Assembly (NCBI GenBank): GCA_976226885.1
Contig: OZ320316.1
Span: 59,582,001-59,646,000, forward strand
DNA length: 64,000 bases
Source of the DNA: Iphione sp. A-MEVVRFRX5
Lineage: Eukaryota
Direction of reading: 5' to 3'
A model generated the notes under the pieces. That model was given only the letters and a program-made list of their open reading frames with translations. It did not search any database and was not told the DNA's origin. The position numbers and the translations under genes are program-made. Positions within the stretch are counted from its first letter, which is position 1; each line of letters starts with the position of its first letter. This document shows positions 54,051 to 64,000 of this stretch, piece after piece.

Positions 54051-56449
54051 GTGAGAAACTGTGTACATAGATACATGTATACATATAAATTTGCAGTATT
54101 CTTTGTAGTAATTTGAATGTCTTTTCATGAGTTAGCCAGTGCTTCAGGTAATTATTAAGTGGTATACCTCACGTACATTATCCTAATAACTATGAAAGAA
54201 AGTTTTTTTCGCTTCCCAAATATTTTTTGTCTTTCCCTCGCTAGTTTTTAACATGGAGGGTGTCAGTACTGACTGCAGTGAATATGGTGATTTATCTGAT
54301 GTCTAGCAGCGTTAACGTACTTAGACAGACACTGAAAGTAACGCTATCGCCACGATTCAGTAGTCCTTGTTCGTATAAATATTTTAGACCAAGAAAAGTA
54401 TTTCCAAGATGTATGTGTACCTCATACCTCAAGATGGTCAGCGGCGCGGTGGTGTTTGTGGGAGTCTCGATGCCATTGTTTTTATGTCGCTAAAAACCCA
54501 CCAGAAAAAAAGCCTGGATTTGTGGGCAAAGAAAAGAGAAACGTATCAGGTGATAGTGATAATCCACGAAAGACTGGCTAATCTCATTGGTATCAAGGTG
54601 CCACAAATTTAAGGACCCTTCCTTTCATCTTCCTAAAAACAGGTTCACCGACACAAACATCAATAGTGTCGTGCCTTTTTAAAACGTTGGACTTAAAAGG
54701 TTTGATATAATTCTATTTTTCACATGGCGTCTTTTCGAAAAATGACAAAATTTACCGGCATTCTAAAAGGTGCTGCAGGTTTAGTAGATTTGATATGGAT
54801 CAAGTGCTAAAATCGCAATATTTCTTTGATCAAGTGTCTGTAGTTATGAGCTGGAACGATACTATAATCTTCTGCCACATACTGCGCCCTATATTCATAT
54901 TTTTGTAAGATCTTTCCGTCGTAATGTGAATTATTTGTTGGATTGTGTCATATATACTGCACTCAATATAACCTTCAGCCTTTCCAGTCATAATGTGAAT
55001 TAAATGCGGTAAAAAGAGAGAAAGTGATGTGATTTCACCTTCAGCCGACAGGACATGGAGGTGATCGTATCTTCATTGGATTTGTCTTCACTTCCCTGCA
55101 CGAGCTACGTCGTCACATCCGTCCATGTGATACGCAGATAGGGCGGGCAGTTCCAACTATCAAATACACCAAACAAATTATGACAAGTAGATAAATAGGA
55201 AGATGCAGACTTACAGCCGGCTAAAAGTATTCGTACTCCAGTAGGAGCGAGCACCTAATCATCACCTTTCCACACTTTGTGAGCCTATCCCCGGCTACCG
55301 CAGTGAATACTGCAATTGAGACGCCATGGCGTAAGGTCGAGAACATTTCTTTTAAGCAAGATAACTGCAACAGATATTTGCAAATTCACTGAGCTTGGCA
55401 CCGCTGTATGAAGGGGGTGGAATAGGGAACGGGCGGCCTTTCAGCGTCATAATGAACGCATTGTGAGCTAATTATGCGGAATATCTCGCCGATGATGCTC
55501 ATGTCACATTTCCTAGATGAGCCGCACAGTGTTCGCCGAGCCCTTGGTGGCCTGCCCCGATGGTGGTCTGAGTTTGTTAGCGCTTGGAAGCAGAGTTGTA
55601 GGCGAAGCGGCTTCCGTTGATTTAGCTGGCTGTCAATGGGCCAGACAAGCTAGCGAACATCGCCTGCTAGAGGCGAGACCATCTAGACGTGAACCAAGTA
55701 GACTCAAAATGAGATGTATAGTATATCGACATCACCCGGCGAACCTTGCATGAAGTCGATGTTCCCACTGTCGCAAAAGCCGGTTTTCTGCTTTGTGTTT
55801 GTGTATGCATGTACATTATGTACACATAATGTGCACAATGTTTTTTTTAAGTGGAATATTGGTTACGAAAAGACGACAGCCAGGCCTACAATACTATCAT
55901 TTTAGATCTTGTTTCTTCGGACTGTGATCCTAGTATCCCAGTAGCGTCTCTCATATGTTGGACCGCAGGTTCATGAGCCTGGCATACGCACAGGTCTGGC
56001 TCATCAGGAGTCGGTAATGCACTGATAGAGAAATAACTTCTCCCCAGTTTCGTATACTTCTGTAAATGTCAACATAATGCATAACAGCAATGAAAGAAAA
56101 AATAATTATAAGTTGCCATCGTGTACTATGAACAAAACGTGGTACAAGCCTAAATGTATGACAGCGAACGTGGGTAGGTTGATCTCCAGTTAAAAGAAAA
56201 ACAAACTGGATGTTATCATGTTCCAATCCCAGATGGTGATAGTACTCAACATTACCTTGATTAACAAAGTTCCCTCAGAACCCAACACAGTTTCCAGTAG
56301 GTTATCCTGACAAGCAAGAGTAAAAATTCAATTAATGTTATATAGAGGGCTGAGTGGTGTAATTTGATCTATAGTTAGACACGCTAATATCCCATCAATG
56401 CCATACTGCTTTCCTCACCGGTGGTCTCTAGTTACACAATCTGCTATTT

Positions 56450-56494
56450 CCCCCCCCCTCTCTCTCTCTCTCTCTCGCTCGCTCTCGCTCGCTC
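56450..56494. repeat. C9-(CT)n-(CGCT)n compound repeat
   Basis: CCCCCCCCCTCTCTCTCTCTCTCTCTCGCTCGCTCTCGCTCGCTC. Confidence 0.9.
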
Positions 56495-57137
56495 CCTGCC
56501 CCCCCCGTGGATACAAGAAGCCTAGCGCAAATGCCTCGCAGATTGTAGGAGGTAACCAGACTGATTCCGTGCCTGAGCGAGCTTGGTCACCCCGTACAGT
56601 CTACCAAATACTCTACCTGACAAGCTCTGCTGATGAGCGAAGGCACCATTTGATATTCCCAGCTTGGGCCGCCAGCCGGGGTGAATCGAGACACTGCCCC
56701 GGGCCCCGGCCAGGATAGGCCCAGTGTGTAGTAGGGGAAGGGTTGGTTCGACGTGATTGATTTGACTTGAATTCCCCATGGCATTGTCGCCCACGCCTCT
56801 TTTTCGTTGGCGTTGTCTACATGTAATTCAGATTCTGACACATGATGCTGTTCAGCTTTGTCCATAAGCGATACAATGTGACTTAATTTATTCACAGCTT
56901 TGTTTCTCTTTTTGGTTTACAGCTAGGGTTGCTTTAGAAATGATTTAGACGTTAATTACGAAACACCACGCTAGATGTGAACAGTGTCTTTATGTCTCTC
57001 GGCGTAACACTTACCGGGAACAACACAGTCTGTTTTCCACCTACAAAAGTTCGCGTCACTATATCAACCATTAGACCGCTTGTTTGTTGTTTGTTTGTTT
57101 TAGGGTATTAATCCATCTATTCTTGTTTCTTTGACAG

Positions 57138-57410
57138 GTTTTGTTAATCTCCCACTGAGTGACCAAATGAACCTGCTACAATGCACCTGGCTTGACGTGC
57201 TGTGTCTAAACCTCGCCTACCGCTCGGTGCCATACAGTGGCGTGCTGGTCTTCGCCGACGACTTCCAGTGTACGGAGGAAGACAGCCGCAAGTACGAGTC
57301 TCCGCCCGACTTGGACTCGCTGTCCCGAAAGATGGCGCGCAAGTTGTCCGAGCTGAAGATTACACACGAGGAGTATGTTCTCCTCAAGGCCATGCTCCTG
57401 CTCAATCCTG
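57138..57410 (+). CDS. ERR: Estrogen-related receptor, second LBD exon (H4-H8)
   Basis: ttgacag|GT TTT GTT...AAT CCT G|gtgggt; 273 nt; (G)FVNLPLSDQMNLLQCTWLDVLCLNLAYRSVPYSGVLVFADDF...EEYVLLKAMLLLNP. The donor is chosen at the conserved phase-1 position; weaker alternatives exist at 57425 and 57430. Confidence 0.95.
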
Positions 57411-60400
57411 GTGGGTACTCCGAGGTTAGGTAGGCAAGTGTGCCTGTAAGAGCGGAAGGAGAAAAGAAGGTGGACGAAAGGGATTGAGAAAGTGACTTGC
57501 TTCTAACTTGGTTAGTGTGCGAGGAGATGAAATGTCCAGCAGTGGGTATTCGCAGGAATATTGCGTCCTGTTTGCATGTGGTATGTTTGGTAATGGTAAA
57601 CTTTCCCTACTGAATTCCACAACTGTGACATTTTCGGTGGGACAAATTGTCACTTGCTGTTACGAATACCTCGTTCCTGGGAATAACGTCCCTGAAATCA
57701 ACCAGATGAAAAGATAAAAGAAAAACTAAGATGATTTTTATACTGGGAATAATGACTGATACCCAATAGCGAAGACGAGTGAAAATGTTTATAGTCCAAT
57801 CAGATTTTATCGTTCTTGAGGCAAGTGCCACCATTGCACTATTTAACATAAGAGATTGCTATATTGTAACATGAACTCTTTCAAACGGCGTGGATTTCTT
57901 TGGGGACAAATTTCCATAACTTCACAACACGCCGTAACTTCTGCAGTGTCATCGTTCAAGCAAAGAACAACGAAAATTGGGTTCAGTTCACGTTTAACAA
58001 GGCCAATCTAGGAGAGAGACTTGCAGGTAGTTCTTCTGTGTCCTCCTTTCCGCCTTTTCCGTGGCTAGTCTCCTGTGCGCTGTCCCCTGACTCGCTTTCA
58101 CGGCAGGACCAGCTGTCGGGACTGCTTTCTGATTGGCTTATTACAGGCTTCCGGTGCGCGGCTGCTCCTTGGTACCGCATGGCGGTAAACATCCTCGTTA
58201 CAATTAATGTGCCCATCTCAGTGACCTGGAGGAAACCACTTGGCAGGCACATTATTTTTTTCTGTTTTCGTTCCTTCTGTTAAAAGAAAACCCATAATAA
58301 AGTTTTGGCAATGAACGCAAAAGAAAAGAAAAAAAAATAATGGTAACAAACATCGACGTGCAATTACTGCATTGGCTGCTCTTCACCATGAAAGAATTGC
58401 CATTCATTCCTGTATGGTAGCATCTGGGTTTTGAATATTGCACTGTATGTAAATGGCCTTCGTGAACTTCAATTTATATATGAGGATTACAACTGGAAGA
58501 AAAATACCCTCTGTTCTCATCAGCTAACAAGCCCACCCTCGTTTGACCTGTTGTCATCATGCGCAAGCATATCCTTATCGCAAAGCTGAATGGTACTATT
58601 TTTTTCTTTCACAAAGTTCTGTATGAACCGAGAGAGAATCGATAGACCTGCATTAAACCAATTGGATTAGCATCAGGCACGATTGTGTGGGCAATCCAAT
58701 CAGTGTGGAACAGCGATGGCTGCTAGGCCTAGGCCGCTGGCCTCTGGATATTAGCCAGTCTAGTATGGGTGAGTTTAGCACCTCGTCCGCCGAACAAATC
58801 CCTCCACACATGGTATTTCATGTGTACTCTTGTGGCGTACAGTGTTACAAAATTGTAAATTGATTTACATGCCCAGCCGCAGAGTTACTGTTTCTTTTTG
58901 TCGTACAGGCGCATAGATATGTACCATGCGGCAGGAGGCATCCACAAGAGCAGGTGACACTCTCAATAAATAATTAACCTCTGTATGCGGACTTGGGATT
59001 TGCCTGTGTTGGCAGTGGTGGGAGCAGAGTGCCTGGAACTATGTAAAGTGAGCGTATCCCTGTGTCTCTACTTACGGCATCGACCCCACCACTAGTGATG
59101 GCATCCATGGAGATGGGGTGACAGCCTGGGTGGTCAGAGAAGGCAGTGAGGCATGCGGATGGCATGCGGTACCATTTTCGACATTGCTGCGCATTGCTCA
59201 ACATTAAGTCCGGATAGCAGAGAATATTATTGGCTGACTGCGCAAGTGGGTGTATAGTTGTCGAATGAGCGATTAGGCCTTTGTTGTTGTTATTGTGCTG
59301 CGCCATCCAGCGGTGTCGGTGGTGTGTGCGGCAGACTGCTCGCAGGCGCCTCTGGCCGGCTACATCAGCGGCACCAGCATGGGGCATATACAGACGGCTC
59401 TTGCTGCTATCTGGCCTGCCCGATACTATCAGATCCGAGATAGATCCGTGTACTTTACACATTCTGTCCAGGCCTGTGTTTTCGTAATGAATACTGATAC
59501 AGACCAGGTATGCATTGGATGACAATGTGGAATGGATGGGCTGAAAAGAATTTCCTCGCCTCAGCTTCTCTCCACGGCATTCTGTCAGAAGGCGCTTTTG
59601 CACGAACATGGAAACTAGTCTGACAATGTTCATTTGATCTGTTTTATTGATAATAGCAGCACACGTAACTTCTAGTGAAAGGAAGACGGGCAGACAAACA
59701 GACCGCATAACAAACCAAAATGAAGGAACAGGAGGGAACATAGGATGCCAGGACACGTATAGGAGTGTACAAATAATACACGTACATGTAATAATATGTG
59801 TTGGTACTGTGTCACTAGGTTGGCTAGGTGCAGGTCATGCATCGTTAGGAACAATTACGTGCCTGGAAAGGATAGCTGATAACCCCACCCCCCACCCCAC
59901 CACCTTCCACTTTCCGCCCTCCCCCTACCAAATCTACCCATCTACAATACGACCGCCTTTCCCAGTCTACATTGAGGGTCCTAGCAAGTGAAACAAACAT
60001 TGGGTCATTGATTTACCATCGGTATCATGACGCTTATGCTCAACGTTTTTTTCGGCGCAAGTGCCCAGAAATAGATCCTGCCGCTGCTGATGTAGGACAG
60101 TGGCGATTGTGATGGCGAAGCCCCTCGATGACCATACTGGTAGACGTAGCTCCCTGTCGGCAGTCTATGGTACTATTTCAGCTGTTAATGTTGTCTCTGG
60201 AACTAGACGCAGAACCGCCGTTAAATCACCATGGAGACTATCCATTAAAACATCCGGTTCAATTTTATTTGTAAATAGGCATTTCAGTCTCGTCCTTTCC
60301 CAGGGTTTCATTAAACTAATGTACGGTCCATGTACGTGGACGGTATAATGGGAAAAGAGATAAGTCGAAAAGAGAGGAACGTGTGAACGAAATGCAACAG

Positions 60401-63400
60401 GGGAACAAACTTTGACACGTAGAAACACACTTGGGATGTTATTTATTGCCAAGATAGGTCGTCAAAGGAGTGGTACAAATTTTCTTGGCATTTGAACGCA
60501 GGTAAATGCAACCCGATAGCTCTTGTGGTGAATGTTTGAACGATTTCATATCTTCAGGAAGCTCAATTAATGGGTATTTCTGGCCTGGTTTATACTCGTT
60601 TCTCGAGAGGGTACAATTCTCATCAGGCAGGCTAGATTATATCACCATGAATTTTTACCATCTTGCCGTTAGTTTGTATGCTTGTAGAGTAAGATGAAAC
60701 ATTTAGACGCAAGTGCTGTTCATAGAAAGCTTAATATTTGCTTCGCAGATCCGTATGGGAATTCTCAAGAAGAAGCCACTAGGAATCAACATTAATCAGG
60801 CTTCATTGTGCGGCGTTTTTATTCCCAATGGGAAAGAATAGAGGACGGCACCAGCGTCCAAACATCCATTAAAGACACGTAACTTTCAGTTGCTGTGGCA
60901 TTGGTTTCCTCCTCTGTTCGTCTACGTCAATAGGAAAGGCAAGAGACGGAGGGAAAGTAAAAAATCAGAGCGGTGATAATATACGGCAGGGTAAATAGTA
61001 GCGAGTGGATCGGGTGTTATGGGCCGTAGAGGCCAATATTGACCCTGCCTGACTCGGCTTGCGTGGTGGCTGTTAAACGCCCCGTGTATCTGATGTCAGG
61101 CCCTGAGCAGCTCTAATCATGTGCAAATATGGCCGTCCCAGCTGCTTGGCTCCTCAACAGCTCAGCCATGGCAGGAGCTGGGGCACACGTCATGTGAACG
61201 GCATTAAGGATCGTATGTGCCAGTTAAACGTAGGTGGCTCTGGAGCCCTCTCCGACTAAGGTTGTCGACTTTGGGGATTCGACCTTCCTGTCTTGACCTC
61301 GTCACCTTGTTTAATTCCTCCTGGGCGACCGATCAGGGCCGTCCAATCTTGCCGCATATTCCTCAGTGAGCCGCGGAGGTCGCAATGCAGATCACCAGGG
61401 CAACCCCGCTGCTGCTCCGGAGGAAACCCAGGCCATGTTTAGGGTCCCTCTACCCAGTGCCCCCCCCCCCCCAATACAACACGGATACTCTTGAATCATG
61501 TGGGCGTAGAGTTGCTTGAATTTTATCATTCATGCCCAGTGAAATCATTCCTCCTGAATGAATACAGAACCCATGTATTCTTTGCCTTACATTAGAATTC
61601 CTACTGAAACGCCACGGGTTGTAACCCTTCAACATCCAAGCTTAAAGTCACATAGAGACAAATCTTAAGTGCTTAACAGTCTACAAAGCACCGATACATC
61701 TACACCCCACCTCAATCTAATAGAGAATCATTCACCTCAAGAATGACATGTTCATTCTTAATTGGGTATTTCTTTATCGTGATGAATTTCTGTGAAAGGC
61801 TACATTCGGATAATCGATGGTTGACTCCTTTCCGGTGACTATGATGGAAGATTTAGGTAAGGAAGATGTTCACTTATATTCTCCTTAAGACCTTCACACG
61901 TCATACGAACAAAATTCAACTTATAAAAATAAATAGACGTGGATTTTGCTTGGCAGTCCATATATGTAATTACATATACCAACTACTAGTTACCAGTCAT
62001 CAGGGGTTAAACACTTGTGTCTGGGAAAGGACCATGAAATAGGACAGGACCAGCGAACAAAATTTAATCGGGTGCTCTTTTGAAAAACAGCGTACAATGT
62101 ATGAACGTGGAGAGATGCATGTGTTCTATTAATTAGGATTGATGGGGTGTATTATAAGGGCAATCTGCATTGGTCCATTGGCTCACATCCTCGGTGACGT
62201 ACATATATATGTAATTTGTTCGGGACTAATCAGTTATCGTTTGAGGGTCTCAGGCGCTGGAAGCTGGTGTAGAAGCAGGGGTGTAAGGGAGGGAGGGGGA
62301 GGGGGCGCTAGGCCATCTGTCTCCAGTAGGGCGACGACTCGCTCGTGATGAAAGGTGCGGCGTGAAATCTTGGTCCTCTCTAACACTGATAGAAGGTGGC
62401 TGACGATCGGACGCAGCCGTAGAACGATCGGCCACAAATATCCACCCACAACGTTCATCTGACTTTCTATTGTCGCATCTCTCGTCTGGCTCATATTTAT
62501 GCCTGGCGATGAAACACTAGTGGGATTCTTCAGTCTGCTGTCGGCTTCCTGCACCATCGGTGAGAGAAAGCAGAAATGCGGGACGAGGCGGAGTGGGCGG
62601 TGGGGGGGGGGGCTGTCTCTTCCACAGTTAATCCCCTCATATAACGAGTAGTGCGTTGTTAGGCATAAATGCCTGTTGCAATGGTCGATTTCAAGGAACT
62701 AGCAGTCATTAAAATAGGTCAAGTCCTTCGGATGACCATCCGGGCTCACTTTGAGCAGACCACTGCGCTTACTGCTCGCAGTGCAGACTAACCGATGGAA
62801 AGGGCAAAGGTGTGCATCCGTCTAATGCCTCGACGACCTCTCAAAGTTTGTTCGCGGCCTTTCCCGCCAGCTTCCTTGTGGCCATGTTCCGTCCTAAAGG
62901 TAAAGATCGGCGCCGACTGGGGTCAGCTACACTGCTGTGAAAGCGCTTTTGTGAGCCAGGCGACATTTCTAAGTGCCCGCACAGTTTTTCCCGTCCTGAA
63001 TTCAAGAAAGAGTACAAAATAGTAGGGAGATGAAAGACACCAATAATTTGGTCTCGTTGCTATCAAAATACAAGTAGATAGCCAATCTCTAGGGATCCGC
63101 TCTTGCCATTTTGTCAACTTGAAACACGGGCCATTCCTTGACCGTTGCAGGACTTTCCTATTGACACTCTCGTCTATTAGAGTTAATTTGCTGTGCTCAA
63201 TTAATTTATCTAATTTAATTTGATCTTACTAAGTGAGAATTGGCGATAGTATTCATCTACAGGGAATTGGATGCTATTGATAAAAAGCATACATAACTAT
63301 ATCGTGATTGTTATTGCGTATACATTATTAATATTCCTTTTTAAAACATGGGTTATTGACATGCTTCATGGAGTAATCGAAATGAAAGGGAGATCACCAT

Positions 63401-64000
63401 CCATAATTGCCCACCTCAATCAGAATGATGCCTCGTCCAAGGTGAATGGTAGGCACACTGCCCACCCAAGCTGAACAAACTGATTGCAGCGCCGTCACTT
63501 TTGCTATTTCCATAATGCACCAGACATAATGAATATCTATTTTATTCGTGACGTTTATCGCTGCACAGGGGACTATAAATGTTGAAATTTATTTCCTGTG
63601 CAGTGGATTACTAAGTTTCTATTTGTCGTTTGCAAGTGAAAAGAACTTTAAACAACACCTTTATTGTCATCACGTGGGTGTGATTAGGGAACCGGATTGA
63701 ACGCTTACTTTCTGAAAAAAAGTGTGTTATGTATTACCTCCATCTGCCTCACTTCAAGGCAGAAATCTGCCAACGTAATAATACGTTTACTTGGTTTCTT
63801 CGCAAAATCAAATCACGGAACACCAATCTTAGTTGACTGATTTATAACACGAGAGCAAGAACACTTTCAAGAAGTTGGCTGCGTTGCGTAGCTTCGTGCC
63901 AAGTCCCTCATTTTTTTTCTCTCTCTCTAGCCATCATCTTGGGTTCTCTGTCTACACGTTAGACTAACGAGACTTGCCTTTGTGGTTTTTAAAGGGACGT

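Noticed and set aside
55660-55687. Hairpin TCGCCT/AGGCGA followed by CTAG, like a Helitron 3' end
   Set aside because: The stem is short, CTAG is followed by A rather than the expected T, and no 5' TC end or other copies were identified.
1518-63474. The many 60-140 aa ORFs in the supplied track (e.g. 9983-10390, 15107-15529, 25478-25924, 45645-46076)
   Set aside because: They have no recognisable domains, many use alternative starts or span Ns or microsatellites, and they lie in ERR introns. This fits random open frames.
57411-64000. Search for the last ERR exon (H9-H12, HKLFLEML-like); acceptors at about 59965, 60748 and 63930
   Set aside because: Each reaches a stop within about 8-16 codons in the required phase, with no H9-H12 similarity. 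The exon is probably downstream of the window.

Overview
Animal genomic scaffold (invertebrate bilaterian; the ligand-binding-domain sequence looks mollusc/annelid-like, which is an inference) with five N-gaps. Most of the window is one + strand gene, the orphan nuclear receptor ERR (estrogen-related receptor, NR3B). Four internal coding exons are visible: 9355-9471 (zinc finger 2), 19847-19957 (T/A-box and hinge), 28435-28596 (LBD H1-H4) and 57138-57410 (LBD H4-H8). They are separated by GT-AG, phase-1 introns of 10,375, 8,477 and 28,541 nt and splice into 221 uninterrupted codons. I did not find the first zinc-finger exon or the last LBD exon, so they probably lie outside the window. The first ~1.3 kb is the 3' part of a dead Penelope-like retroelement (RT thumb, Cys-rich linker, internally deleted GIY-YIG). 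It carries an intact type I hammerhead ribozyme with a 167-nt insert in stem III, in the same orientation as ERR. The introns also contain a candidate in-frame alternative acceptor (+19 aa in the hinge), a CRE/Fox/GC-box cluster, a CCAAT/CRE/GC-box promoter-like island, microsatellites, a MITE remnant and a roughly 15-fold excess of the palindrome TACATGTA. Almost all ORFs in the supplied track look like non-coding noise. There is no CRISPR, rRNA, tRNA or prokaryotic content that I can support.
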